Shown: positions 22,178 through 32,945, numbered from the stretch's first letter. The stretch is 64,000 nucleotides of DNA from Methanothermococcus sp. Ax23 (GCF_049075655.1 NZ_CP157522.1:160001-224000), one strand, 5' to 3'. Notes: a model not told the origin generated them from the sequence alone. Numbers and translations: made by a program.

Positions 22178-23377
22178 TTATTCTACAACTTTTTTGTTGT
22201 TCTTTGGATGTCTTTTTTCCTTATCTATTTCCATCTGTTTTAAAACTGAATCTAAGGCATCCTTTAATACTTCTATGAAATCCCATCTCTGTTTTTCAAC
22301 TACGAGCTGGATATCCTCCCCTTCCATTTCCATTCTTTTTGCGGTGGATAATTTAGGCTTTCCTTCTGCAACATAAAGTTTTCTTGGAGTTTTTACATAT
22401 ACTTTAACTATATAGTATGGAACCCCTCCTTTATCGTGCTCTTTTTTCATTACAATTTTAATCCAGTGGAGTCTTTTAGACTGCTTTGCTATTTTTTTAA
22501 CTTCTGTCATTAAAATTCTTTCTGCGAGCTCTCTCATTTCTTCATCAAATTCACCATGGAGCTCCACTTCAATTACAGATTCTTCTCTTAAATTCTTTAT
22601 ATATTTCATTATATCTATTCTTGTAACAATTCCTCTTAATGTTCCTTTTTTGGTAACCGGAACTCCTCTGATGTCGTGTTTCTCCATCAACTTTGCCACA
22701 TCAGCAATTGATGATTCTACATCCGCAGTGATAAGTGGGGAGTTCATAATCATAGATACTGGCTGAGCCATTCTTGGAACTTTCTCCCCCGCATACTCTC
22801 CAACGGTCATTTTTTTCTTAGGTTTAAATACTTTCCTTAAAATGTCATCCTCGGTAACTATCCCTATTGGGTCTCCTTCTTCATCGAGAACTACCAACCT
22901 TCCGATGTTGTATTTTCTCATTAAGCTCCTAGCTTTACCTATGCTTTCATCTTTATCAATTGTAATTGGACTTCTTGTCATTATCTTAGTTACTTTAACA
23001 TCTTTTAGGAGCTCCGATTTTCCTGCCCTTTTCATTATGTCATAGTCAGTTACAATTCCTACTAATTTTCCGTTTTCATCCACAATAGGTGCGGCTCTTT
23101 GACCACTGCCTATTATTTCACATACTGCATCCATTACTGGCGTGTTTTGGTCGATACAATGTGGTTTAAACATCAAAGCCTCAACATTTTCATTTAATGA
23201 TGATGCTAAAAGTAAATCATGTATTGTTATCATATGTATGTTTTCATTTTCATCCATAACTATTAAGTTGTGGAAGTTGTGGCTTTCCATTACCCCTATC
23301 GCCTTTGATATTGGAGTGTCTGGCGTGATTGTAATCACGTCTTTTGTTGCTATCTCTATTACGGGTTCGTTTAACAT
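22178..23377 (-). CDS. 4xCBS-domain protein with C-terminal HPF/RaiA-like domain (putative ribosome hibernation factor)
   Basis: four CBS repeats followed by ~130-aa beta-alpha-beta-beta-beta-alpha-like tail ending WDFIEVLKDALDSVLKQM. Confidence 0.7.
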   Translation of the reverse strand: MLNEPVIEIATKDVITITPDTPISKAIGVMESHNFHNLIVMDENENIHMITIHDLLLASSLNENVEALMFKPHCIDQNTPVMDAVCEIIGSGQRAAPIVDENGKLVGIVTDYDIMKRAGKSELLKDVKVTKIMTRSPITIDKDESIGKARSLMRKYNIGRLVVLDEEGDPIGIVTEDDILRKVFKPKKKMTVGEYAGEKVPRMAQPVSMIMNSPLITADVESSIADVAKLMEKHDIRGVPVTKKGTLRGIVTRIDIMKYIKNLREESVIEVELHGEFDEEMRELAERILMTEVKKIAKQSKRLHWIKIVMKKEHDKGGVPYYIVKVYVKTPRKLYVAEGKPKLSTAKRMEMEGEDIQLVVEKQRWDFIEVLKDALDSVLKQMEIDKEKRHPKNNKKVVE

Positions 23378-23435
23378 ACCCTCACCTCATTGCCGTATTG
23401 TCAATAAATATATGAAAATAATGCTATTTAAACTT

Positions 23436-23482
23436 TTGGAGCGAAGCAGAGAGCTATATAAATCCGAAGGATTTTTATTCAA
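23436..23482 (+). repeat. double-hairpin mini-element copy (solitary)
   Basis: TTGGAGCGAAGCAGAGA-GCTATATAAATCCGAAGGATTTTTATTCAA, close to array unit 2. Confidence 0.8.
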
Positions 23483-23611
23483 TATATTGATATATTTCGT
23501 TTTATTTAATATGGAAAATATGGAATGGAATGTCGCCAATAATGGTGAAAATAAAAAAATAAAAAAGAAAATGAAAAAAAGAAGATTGTATATTATTCCA
23601 GTTAATCATCT

Positions 23612-24295
23612 TTATTCGTTCATTAACATTCCTTTAAACATGTTTAACCCATCATCAGAACCCAATACTTTTTCGCTGGCCCTCTCTGGATGAGGCATTA
23701 ATAAAACGCAGTTTCCATTTTCATTGCATACTCCTGCTATGTTATCAACTGAACCGTTTGGATTGGCATCTTCGGTAATTTCTCCGTTTTCATCGCAGTA
23801 TTTAAATACTATCATATTCTTTTTATACATCTCTTGGAGTGTATCATCATCGGTGTAAAATCTACCTTCTGCATGAGCTATTGGTATCTTTAAAACATCT
23901 CCTTTTTTGTAGCATTTTGTAAATGGAGTGTTGTTGTTTTCAACTCTTATATAAACCCATTTACATATGAATCTTGCATTTATGTTATTTGTTAATGTTC
24001 CGTATGAAAAACCTGCTTCCAATCCTATCTGAGCTCCGTTGCAAATACCCAATACTGGTTTTCCATCATCAACCATCTTTTTTAATCCCTGTATTACTGG
24101 TGTTTTTGAGCTTATGGCACCTGCTCTTAAATAATCTCCGTAGGAAAACCCGCCGGGTATTACCGCACCTTTAAATTTGCTCAAATCAGTCTCAGAGAAC
24201 CATACCAATTCTGGTTTTCCTCCTGCTAATTCAATAGCATGACATACATCTTTATCACAATTTGTGCCCAAAAATTTTACAACTGCAATGTCCAT
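23612..24295 (-). CDS. purQ: phosphoribosylformylglycinamidine synthase subunit PurQ
   Basis: PGGFSYGDYLRAG, LGICNG, IAHAEG, MPHPER. Confidence 0.96.
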   Translation of the reverse strand: MDIAVVKFLGTNCDKDVCHAIELAGGKPELVWFSETDLSKFKGAVIPGGFSYGDYLRAGAISSKTPVIQGLKKMVDDGKPVLGICNGAQIGLEAGFSYGTLTNNINARFICKWVYIRVENNNTPFTKCYKKGDVLKIPIAHAEGRFYTDDDTLQEMYKKNMIVFKYCDENGEITEDANPNGSVDNIAGVCNENGNCVLLMPHPERASEKVLGSDDGLNMFKGMLMNE

Positions 24296-24385
24296 ATTAT
24301 CACTATAAATAATATATTGAAATTATTGTATCATTTAAATTATGATTATATTATAATTATGTTAGAATATATTAACTATAAATGA

Positions 24386-24685
24386 TTATTCCCTTTTTAA
24401 TTCAGAAGCTAAAACCTTTAAAAATTCTTTTGTTAATATATTAACTTTTTCAGTTCTTTCTGCTATTTCCATAATTTTTACTCTTAATCTCTCTTCATCA
24501 CAGCATTCAATATCCCTTGCTTTGATGGTTTTTCTCTTATCTTTTCTCGCGTTTTCCTCTGCCAATTTTGTTGTGGTTACGATGTATTCTTGTAAAATTT
24601 CCACAAGCTTTTCAACCGATTCAGCAGATATGTTCATATCTGTATTTTCCTTCATCAGCCTCTTAACTGTCCCTTTTGGTATCAT
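24386..24685 (-). CDS. archaeal histone variant with C-terminal extension (MJ1647-type)
   Basis: IPKGTVKRLMK...RKTIKARDI histone fold plus ~30-aa helical tail. Confidence 0.85.
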   Translation of the reverse strand: MIPKGTVKRLMKENTDMNISAESVEKLVEILQEYIVTTTKLAEENARKDKRKTIKARDIECCDEERLRVKIMEIAERTEKVNILTKEFLKVLASELKRE

Positions 24686-24842
24686 AATAAAACCTCCTGT
24701 TTTAAATACTAAATAGATATTGTGTTTAAATTTATTTAAAGTTTATGCATATTTTTTAAAATATTTTGATAGATGTTGGTAAAATAAAAAATAAAATATA
24801 ATTGGCAGAAATAACTTAAAAATAAATTATAATAAAGGGGAA

Positions 24843-26495
24843 TTATTTCAACACCGCCCCTTCATCTGCGGAAGATACCAATCTTGAATATCTTGCCAAA
24901 TAGCCTTTTTTAACCTTTGGCTCTGGTTTTTCCCATTTTGAGAGCCTTTCCTTTATTTCTTCATCGCTTAATTTTAACTCAATTTTTTTAGCAATCATGT
25001 CTATGCTGATTATGTCGCCATCTTCGATTATGGCAATAGGTCCACCAGCCATAGCCTCGGGGGATATATGCCCTATACATGGTCCCCTACTTCCACCGCT
25101 GAACCTACCATCTGTAATTAGTGCAACGCTGTCATCCAATCCCATACCACATATAGCAGATGTTGGGGAGAGCATTTCTCTCATTCCAGGTCCTCCTGCT
25201 GGTCCTTCGTATCTTATTACAACAACATCTCCCTCTTTAATGTCTCCGCTGAGTATTGCTTTTATGGATTCCTCCTCTGAATCAAACACTCTCGCAGGTC
25301 CCTGGTGCTTATACATCTTTGGATTTACTGCACCAATCTTAACAACACATCCATTTGGTGCGAGATTTCCCTTTAAAATCCTTAAACCTGCCTCTTTATG
25401 AACTGGTTTATCCATTGGTCTTATAATGCTGTAATCGATATATTTTACGCCGTTTATAATTTCTTTTATGGTTTTTCCACTTACTGTTTTTGCGTCCCTT
25501 ACCTTCTCTTCCAAAACCTTTAATACTGCTGGAATACCCCCTGCCTTGTGTAAATCAATTATAAAGTGCTCTCCACCAGGTCTAAGGGATGCTATGTGTG
25601 GAACTTCATCACTTAATCTGTCAAAGTCATCAAGTGTGATGAATCCCCTTTCTATCTCATTGGCTATTGCAGGTATGTGGAGTGTTGTATTTGTGGAACC
25701 ACCAAGTGCCAAATCAACCAATATGGCATTTTCAAAGGATTCCTTTGTTAATATGTCCGTTGGTTTTATGTTGTTTTTCACTAAATCAACTACTCTCATC
25801 CCGCTTTTTTTCGCAATTCTTACCTTCTGAGCATCGACAGCAGGAGTTGTTGCACACATTGGGAGTGATAAACCGAGTGCCTCTGTTAAACATGCCATAC
25901 TGTTTGCGGTGAATAATCCTGCACAGCTCCCAGCACCTGGGCAGGCACAGTTTTCAATCTCACTTAATGCCTCTTCATCAATTTTTCCAACCTGGTATTC
26001 CCCAACTCCTTCAAATACGCTTATAAGGTCATACTTCTTTCCGTGCATTTCTCCCGGGAGCATAGGACCCCCAGTCACTACAACAAATGGTATGTTTAAC
26101 CTCAGAGCTCCCATTATCATACCGGGAACTATTTTATCACAGGATGGAATAAGCACCAATCCATCAAATCCATGTGCCTTAGCCATGCTTTCTACTGTAT
26201 CTGCGATTATTTCCCTTGAAGGTAGGGAATACCTCATACCCTCATGCCCCATGGCTATACCATCACATACCGCCATGGTGTTGAATTCAAATGCAGTTCC
26301 GCCGTTTGCATATATTCCTTTTTTTACAGCTTCTGCAAGAGTGTTCAAATGAATATGTCCTGGAACCACTTCTGTGAAGCTATTTACAACCCCTATAAAA
26401 GGTCTGTTTATTTCTTCATCAGTGTATCCGCATGCCTTCAATAAACTTCTGTTTGGAGACCTTGTAATGCCTGTTTTCACATTGTCGCTTATCAT
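24843..26495 (-). CDS. ilvD: dihydroxy-acid dehydratase
   Basis: [27 protein letters not shown]; ATG 26495 after AGGTGA. Confidence 0.96.
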   Translation of the reverse strand: MISDNVKTGITRSPNRSLLKACGYTDEEINRPFIGVVNSFTEVVPGHIHLNTLAEAVKKGIYANGGTAFEFNTMAVCDGIAMGHEGMRYSLPSREIIADTVESMAKAHGFDGLVLIPSCDKIVPGMIMGALRLNIPFVVVTGGPMLPGEMHGKKYDLISVFEGVGEYQVGKIDEEALSEIENCACPGAGSCAGLFTANSMACLTEALGLSLPMCATTPAVDAQKVRIAKKSGMRVVDLVKNNIKPTDILTKESFENAILVDLALGGSTNTTLHIPAIANEIERGFITLDDFDRLSDEVPHIASLRPGGEHFIIDLHKAGGIPAVLKVLEEKVRDAKTVSGKTIKEIINGVKYIDYSIIRPMDKPVHKEAGLRILKGNLAPNGCVVKIGAVNPKMYKHQGPARVFDSEEESIKAILSGDIKEGDVVVIRYEGPAGGPGMREMLSPTSAICGMGLDDSVALITDGRFSGGSRGPCIGHISPEAMAGGPIAIIEDGDIISIDMIAKKIELKLSDEEIKERLSKWEKPEPKVKKGYLARYSRLVSSADEGAVLK

Positions 26496-26623
26496 CTCAT
26501 CACCTATTGCATCAATAAAAATCAAAATAAAATAATTATTCAAATAATATAAATATATTTATTTATAAAGTTATATATCAAAACTAATTATTATTTATTT
26601 TTCTTATTTTTCTTATTGTAGTT

Positions 26624-27895
26624 TTAACTTTTTATTTTATCCTTTTTATACTGTATAAACAACAAAATCATCAAGAATATAGATATTGAAGATATTAATG
26701 TTGCATAAGCTCCCCCGATTATCCCAAGTTTGTTTATAAGCGCATAATTTAGAACACCATTTAATACTATGCCAAATAACAGGATATACAACGGTATCTT
26801 AGCATAACCTAAACCTTGAAGTGAAGAACTGCATATTGTATATGAGCTCATAAACCCCGCAGAAATTGATAATATTTTTAAACATATTGATGCTAGATAA
26901 TCATCCACTCCAAAGAAAATCATTAAAAACTCTTTTGAAAATATAAACGCCATTGCAAGGACTGGAAGAATTATTAAAAAGTTCATTAAAAGTGCTTTTT
27001 TAAAGTAGTTGAAATCCTTTGTTTTTGCTATTCTCGGTATCAACGGAATGGATATTGCAGAAGCAAACAAAAAGACTCCTCTGGAAAGTAGGGAAGCATA
27101 ACCATAAATACCGTTATCATAAGCCCCTAATATTGACATTATAAATATGCTGTCCAAATCATTTAAAAGACGATAGGACGCCGTTCCCAAAGCTATTGGA
27201 ATGGCATATAACAATATTTTTTTAACAAGTTCTTTATTTTCATTTAGGGATGATTTAAATGATGATGCACCGATATTAAAAGATTTTCTCAACAAATAAA
27301 AGCCAAAAATCCCGCCAACAATATATGCAAATGATATGGACAGCAGAGCTCCGAAGACTCCAAACAATGATGCAAAAATTATCACAAATAATATCTTAAA
27401 GGTGTGTTCTATTACCCATGTTTTGGAGAGCTCCTTTATCTTTAACATACCCTGCAAAACTCCCCTATTCCAAGATATAAAAGATGAAGATATTATTGCA
27501 AACCCAACTGCAAGGTATAATGTGATGTCTATATTTTTATATCCCCCACCAAGTATGTATTTTAACAAAATTGTAATCAGAGCTCCGACAACTGAAAAAA
27601 TCAGCATAATCTTTAAAACAGATACAATCCATTCATTGTTATTTTTTGTCTGAAATTCGGAAATGTGTTTTGCCATTGACGGCGGGATACCTGAGCAAAA
27701 AAATATTGTCATTACATCCATCAACGGCAAAAGTCCCCTAAGTGTCCCAAATCCTTCTGTTCCAAGGATAAGAGCAGTTAAAAAATAAAATACATAAGCC
27801 ATTCCCTTTGAATAAATGTTTGAAAAAATCATGTAAAAACTGTCCTTTACCAGTCCATCCTTTTTTAAATTCTTAAATTTTTTAAATTTCAACAT
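26624..27895 (-). CDS. flippase / MATE-like polysaccharide exporter
   Basis: ~12 TM segments with RfbX/MurJ-like pattern. Confidence 0.8.
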   Translation of the reverse strand: MLKFKKFKNLKKDGLVKDSFYMIFSNIYSKGMAYVFYFLTALILGTEGFGTLRGLLPLMDVMTIFFCSGIPPSMAKHISEFQTKNNNEWIVSVLKIMLIFSVVGALITILLKYILGGGYKNIDITLYLAVGFAIISSSFISWNRGVLQGMLKIKELSKTWVIEHTFKILFVIIFASLFGVFGALLSISFAYIVGGIFGFYLLRKSFNIGASSFKSSLNENKELVKKILLYAIPIALGTASYRLLNDLDSIFIMSILGAYDNGIYGYASLLSRGVFLFASAISIPLIPRIAKTKDFNYFKKALLMNFLIILPVLAMAFIFSKEFLMIFFGVDDYLASICLKILSISAGFMSSYTICSSSLQGLGYAKIPLYILLFGIVLNGVLNYALINKLGIIGGAYATLISSISIFLMILLFIQYKKDKIKS

Positions 27896-27928
27896 GTTTA
27901 TCACTAAAAAGAAAAATAGTTTATTTAT

Positions 27929-30415
27929 TCAGTTTGCCTTTGTATAAATTTCATTGTCATAGATATGTTTTTTAATATAATTTAAAAAGTTAGGTATATT
28001 TGACCCAAGTGCATTTTTTAATTTAGTTAGGGCATTTTTTCTCTTCATATCTGGTGTTTTTAAGGCATTTGGTGATAGGTTATCAATACCTCCCTTCTTA
28101 TACTTTTCAAGTAATGAAAAGGCGATTTCTCGTATATCCTCGCCGTATTTGTTTATATGCTGGATATGGGCATTTATAAAGTAATTTACTCTTTCATCCT
28201 TTGTCAATAATGGAGCATCAAAAACCAAGTGAGCAATAATATCAAAGGTATCGTAATCCAATTTATTTTCGAGCTTTTTTATGAGCTCTACATCTATATT
28301 TTTTTCTTTGAGCTTATTTAGAAATTCCTTTCTTAAATTGTCGTTAATCCACATATTTTTTAAATCCTCCGTGGTATGAACTTCTTTTAATATATTCTCC
28401 TTTGTGTATTGTTTATACTCTGCGAAGGATATTTTATTTCCATCAAACTCTATATCTATTTCTTCGGCAATTTCTACATTTATACCTCTTACGGTAATGG
28501 TTTTAGGTTTCTTTTTTATAGGTTTTAATTCAAATATGGGATTTTCTATTTCTTTTAAATCGTTTAGGCTTATTTTCTTTTTTAAGGTTCTATACCCCTC
28601 CTTTGATATTGTAAGTGGTAAAAGTTTGTTTGATGGTAGTTCGTTTAATTCAAAGTGCCCGTTTTTTTCGGATAATACTTCTTTTTTAAATCTTTCAATT
28701 TTTATTATTACTTTTGCATCTGATATCGGTTCTTTTGTGTTTTTATCAATTACAAAACCTTTTAATGATTTATTGTATGGTTTTTCTGGCTTTTCTTCGT
28801 CTGGTGATGTTATTGGGGATGGTATTTCCCATTTATCAATTAATCTTGTTGCGTTGGTAAAATCTATTATTCTAAAAAATCCCTTATTATCTGATAATCT
28901 CGCACCCCTTCCTACGATTTGTTTAAATAATACCCTTGAATTAACTGGTCTCATAAATACAATGTTTTTAAGATGTGGTATGTCAATACCTGTTGATAGT
29001 AAATCCACAGTTGTGGCTATTTGTGGGTAAAGGTTTTCATTATCTCTAAATCGTTCTAAATCATCTTTATCTTCATAAACTATCTTTGTTGCAAATTCCT
29101 CATTGTTCGTGAGCTGGTTTAATATGCCCCTAACATTTTCCGCATGTATTGTATCTACACAAAATATTACCGTTTTTTGGCGGTCGTTTGTTCTTTTAAG
29201 AATCTCCAATAATTTTTCACACATTAGTTTTGTTCTATCTGGAAGATGAATGCTTATCTCAAATTCGGAAGGGTCATAATAATCCTTAATATCTGACTCA
29301 TTTATTTCATCGTCGTAGATTATCTCTTCCGCCTGTGATATATCTACGCCGTTTAAATCAATATTTGTGAAAATTTTATGAATTTTGTAGGGGACTAAAT
29401 AGCCGTCCTCTATTGCCTGTGCCATTGAATAGGTAAAAACTGGCTCTCCAAAGTATTCATAAACATCTATGTTATCTTCCCTCTTTGGTGTTGCCGTCAT
29501 ACCTAATTGATAGGAGTTTTTAAAATATTCTAAAATATTTCTCCATTCCCCATATCCTGAGCGGTGGCACTCATCTATAAGTATTAAATCAAAAAAATCT
29601 TCTGGTATTTTTTTATATAAATCGTTGGAATATAATGTTTGATATGTTGAAAAATAGATTTTTCTGTTTTTGTTAAAATTTCCTGATTTTATTTGATACT
29701 TGGCATCTTTAAAAGGTTCATAGTTGTCATGTGCCTGCTCTCTTAAAAATACTCGGTCTGTTAAAAATAAAACTCTTGATAGGTAGTTGCTTTTTATTAA
29801 TTTCCAAACTATTTGAAAAGATGTAAAGGTTTTCCCTGTTCCTGTTGCCATTGTTAAGAGTATTCTTTTTTGACCTTTTAAAATTGATTCAATTACTTTT
29901 TTTATTGCTGTTTCTTGGTAGCTCCTTACTTTTTTGTTTGTGTTTGAATCTATGTAGTATGGGTATTCTAATGGGGATATATCTTTATATTCCAATCCTT
30001 TCCATTCTTTGTATATGGCGTATAGTTCATTTGGTGGTAAAAATTCATTAACTTCTTTTGTTTCCTTTGTTCTTCTGTCATAAACTATTATTTTTCTTCC
30101 ATTTGTTGCATAGGCAATTGGAACATCCAGCATTTTGGAATATTCCATTGCCTGAGATAGTCCTGCTTCTGCATCTTTTTTGTATTTTTTTGCTTCAATT
30201 ACTCCAACTATTACATTATTTATTTTTAAAACATAATCCGCAAACCTGTTTTTTATTTCGATTTTTTTATATTCGTCCCCTGCTATATAGTATCTGTATT
30301 TATTTTTTATTGGATATTCTCTTATTATGTTATTTTCTCCCCATCCTGCTTTTATTAGTTTTGGTTTTATCAGCTTTTCCTTTGTGTCTGCTTCTGATAA
30401 ATTATTTAAATCCAT
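27929..30415 (-). CDS. hsdR: type I restriction endonuclease subunit R (EcoAI/EcoEI-like)
   Basis: ADYVL...IEAK nuclease motif, MATGTGKT, DECHRS, TATP, QIVGRGAR; extra beta-sandwich insertion. Confidence 0.93.
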   Translation of the reverse strand: MDLNNLSEADTKEKLIKPKLIKAGWGENNIIREYPIKNKYRYYIAGDEYKKIEIKNRFADYVLKINNVIVGVIEAKKYKKDAEAGLSQAMEYSKMLDVPIAYATNGRKIIVYDRRTKETKEVNEFLPPNELYAIYKEWKGLEYKDISPLEYPYYIDSNTNKKVRSYQETAIKKVIESILKGQKRILLTMATGTGKTFTSFQIVWKLIKSNYLSRVLFLTDRVFLREQAHDNYEPFKDAKYQIKSGNFNKNRKIYFSTYQTLYSNDLYKKIPEDFFDLILIDECHRSGYGEWRNILEYFKNSYQLGMTATPKREDNIDVYEYFGEPVFTYSMAQAIEDGYLVPYKIHKIFTNIDLNGVDISQAEEIIYDDEINESDIKDYYDPSEFEISIHLPDRTKLMCEKLLEILKRTNDRQKTVIFCVDTIHAENVRGILNQLTNNEEFATKIVYEDKDDLERFRDNENLYPQIATTVDLLSTGIDIPHLKNIVFMRPVNSRVLFKQIVGRGARLSDNKGFFRIIDFTNATRLIDKWEIPSPITSPDEEKPEKPYNKSLKGFVIDKNTKEPISDAKVIIKIERFKKEVLSEKNGHFELNELPSNKLLPLTISKEGYRTLKKKISLNDLKEIENPIFELKPIKKKPKTITVRGINVEIAEEIDIEFDGNKISFAEYKQYTKENILKEVHTTEDLKNMWINDNLRKEFLNKLKEKNIDVELIKKLENKLDYDTFDIIAHLVFDAPLLTKDERVNYFINAHIQHINKYGEDIREIAFSLLEKYKKGGIDNLSPNALKTPDMKRKNALTKLKNALGSNIPNFLNYIKKHIYDNEIYTKAN

Positions 30416-30475
30416 TCTTTCCCTCAAAATTTAGTTAAAATTCATATTTATTTCTTCGGAGCTCCGGTTTATATA

Positions 30476-30820
30476 TTATTTGTCGAGCTCTTTTAAAATT
30501 TTTTAATATCGTTTTTTAAATGTGGCAATTTATTTTCAACAACATCCCATATAATTAAAAGATTTATCTTGAAATATGAATGAATTAAAACATCTCTAAA
30601 TCCTGCTATATTTTTCCAGTTGTTATCTGGATATTTAACTTTTATTCATTGGGAATCTTCTTAACAGCCTCACCAATTATCATTAGTTTTTAATTACCGC
30701 ATCTTGAACCATTTGCTGTTCTGAGAACTCATCATAAGTATTGACATTATAAGTGTAATTTTCTATTCTTTCTATTGCCTCTAAAATATCATTTAAGTAT
30801 AATTTATAATCCCTCGGCAT
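30476..30820 (-). pseudogene. HEPN/DUF86 (HepT-like) RNase toxin, frameshifted
   Basis: MPRDYKLYLNDILEAIERI...DAVIKN / IIGEAVKKIPNE / KYPDNNWKNIAGFRDVLIHSY (Rx4HxY) in different frames; about three single-base deletions. Confidence 0.85.
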
Positions 30821-31109
30821 ATTCAACCTCGCTTAGGATGTATTTTTTTAGTTCTGGCTTAATATCATCTTTAATCACTAAATCAACTTTTTTATTAAAT
30901 AAATCTTCTAAATAATATTTTAAGCCCATATAATTGTCAAAATTTATATATCCTTTTTCAAATTCTACTAAAATATCTATATCTGATGTTTCTTTCTGCT
31001 CCCCTCTTGCATAACTTCCAAATATTCCAATAGTTTTAACTTTGTATTTTTCTTTTAGTTCCTTTTTATGTTCTAAAAGTATCTTTTTTATTTCGTTTAA
31101 GGTTTTCAT
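30804..31109 (-). CDS. minimal nucleotidyltransferase antitoxin (MntA-like)
   Basis: GIFGSYARGEQKETSDIDILVEF; overlaps the HEPN start. Confidence 0.92.
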   Translation of the reverse strand: MKTLNEIKKILLEHKKELKEKYKVKTIGIFGSYARGEQKETSDIDILVEFEKGYINFDNYMGLKYYLEDLFNKKVDLVIKDDIKPELKKYILSEVEYAEGL

Positions 31110-31274
31110 ATTATCCCCCTTCGGAGCTCCTATATTACTTAATTGTATTTAAGAGCTCACTTATTTATATAGTGTTTCCGAGCTCATTTAAAATTGAAAG
31201 TATAAATCTGTTATTTTATAGTATTTTAAGTAATTTTAAACCAACTCCCATTTAAATGCTTTATTTAATTTATA

Positions 31275-32945
31275 TTACTGGGATTGTTTATATATGAATA
31301 TTATCATTCCTCTATTTTCTGACTCTTTTGGAATGGTTATTATATTTAATAATTCATAGTCCGATATTTTTCCTAAATTCTTTTTTAAATCTCCTATTTT
31401 ATCACTTGGCGGTAAGCTTGCTGAGAATACAGTTTTTGCCTGTTCGTCAAATCCTACAAAAAATATAAATATTGGAACATTTATTCCATCCATTTTTTTG
31501 CTTAATTCATTTTTTAATTTATTATTTAAAAAATCCTTTTTGTTTTTCCACCAGTCCCCTCTTTTAAATTCTATTTTTGCGGATTCATAACTTAAAAATT
31601 TACTATCACAATTTAATGACTCTAAATGTTTTTCTATTAATTTATTAAACCATATTTCAAAATTAGTGTCTGCAAAAATGTGTTTATATATTGTTAAGAT
31701 TGTTAATAAACACAAATTTTGTGCGATAATATCATTTTTATAGTCAATATATTCATTTTCTAAATGTTCTATTAGGTCATTATATTTATTTAAGCTCGAT
31801 ATAGGTAAGGATATGCTTAAATCATTATATATTAGAAAATGCTTAAACTCCAAAGGACATAAAAGATATTTTTCAAGAATATGAAGCATTTTAATTTTAG
31901 ATTTATCATTAATTGATTTTTTCAAACTTTCTAATAATTCTTTTGCAAATCCTTCATCGATTTCAATTTTCCCATTATGTTCATATGCACATAATACAAA
32001 TATATCATTATCTTCTATTTTTTTATTTACCTTTTGATATTTGTCAAAATTACATTCATCTGGAATTTGTATATACTCAGTATATTCTTTTATTTTTTTC
32101 AAAGAATATCCTGATAGTTTTTGATATGTATTATTGATTTTTTCTTTCAATTTTGATGATACATTGTAATAATTTTCTACCAAATGATTATGAAATTTTT
32201 TAATATCGGAATATTTTTGATTATTCGCTTTTGAAATAATTTCTAATACTTCATATTCACTATTATTTATTTTTAGTGTATTATAACGATAATCCAACGT
32301 TATTAAGTTAGACAATAAACAATTTAATAATTTTTCATGTTCTATCTCGTATTTTATCGCCAGAAATGGCAACTCCCTATCTTTTAATTTAAAAGTTATA
32401 TCGCCCCACTCTTCCCAGTCAATTGAATCAATTCCAACAAATTCTGAAAATTTATTTGATTTATCACGCTCCCAAACTTTAACGACAATGTTATCATCTA
32501 GTATTTTTAATTTTATGAACCTTATCAAACCTTTCTTTGATATTAACGTATTTATTCTCTTTAATTCATCTTTTTCTTTACTCAATCCATCTAATTTTGA
32601 GCAATGAATTATAAATATACTATTCTCTTTTGGTTTTATAATTACAGTCAATGATTTATTTAGCCCTTTTCCATTACCTCTTATAGCACCCTGCTCAAAG
32701 TCATTCATTAATAATTCTGCCAGCATTTCATAATATTCAATATTTAGAAATCTTATGGAAAAGTCTTTCCAATTTTTTGGTAGGTTAGTTTCATTGAAAT
32801 CATATTCTTTATTTGTTCTATCTTCACAAAATTTTATCATGTCTGAAATATATTCCTCAGATTCTCTATTTAATTGCTCTTCAATTATTTCAGAGTCTTC
32901 TACAATACCATTTTTGAAAAAAACAATAATGTCATTATTTTTCAT
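31275..32945 (-). CDS. hypothetical protein in the R-M operon, possible C-terminal Schlafen/AlbA_2-like domain
   Basis: 556-aa ORF with strong RBS 23 bp after hsdS; C-terminal ESAKIEFK...IFFVGFDE pattern. Confidence 0.6.
   Translation of the reverse strand: MKNNDIIVFFKNGIVEDSEIIEEQLNRESEEYISDMIKFCEDRTNKEYDFNETNLPKNWKDFSIRFLNIEYYEMLAELLMNDFEQGAIRGNGKGLNKSLTVIIKPKENSIFIIHCSKLDGLSKEKDELKRINTLISKKGLIRFIKLKILDDNIVVKVWERDKSNKFSEFVGIDSIDWEEWGDITFKLKDRELPFLAIKYEIEHEKLLNCLLSNLITLDYRYNTLKINNSEYEVLEIISKANNQKYSDIKKFHNHLVENYYNVSSKLKEKINNTYQKLSGYSLKKIKEYTEYIQIPDECNFDKYQKVNKKIEDNDIFVLCAYEHNGKIEIDEGFAKELLESLKKSINDKSKIKMLHILEKYLLCPLEFKHFLIYNDLSISLPISSLNKYNDLIEHLENEYIDYKNDIIAQNLCLLTILTIYKHIFADTNFEIWFNKLIEKHLESLNCDSKFLSYESAKIEFKRGDWWKNKKDFLNNKLKNELSKKMDGINVPIFIFFVGFDEQAKTVFSASLPPSDKIGDLKKNLGKISDYELLNIITIPKESENRGMIIFIYKQSQ

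Noticed and set aside
23142-23693. 183-aa plus-strand ORF and the many similar antisense ORFs in the track
   Set aside because: They shadow well-supported genes on the opposite strand and have no recognisable motifs.
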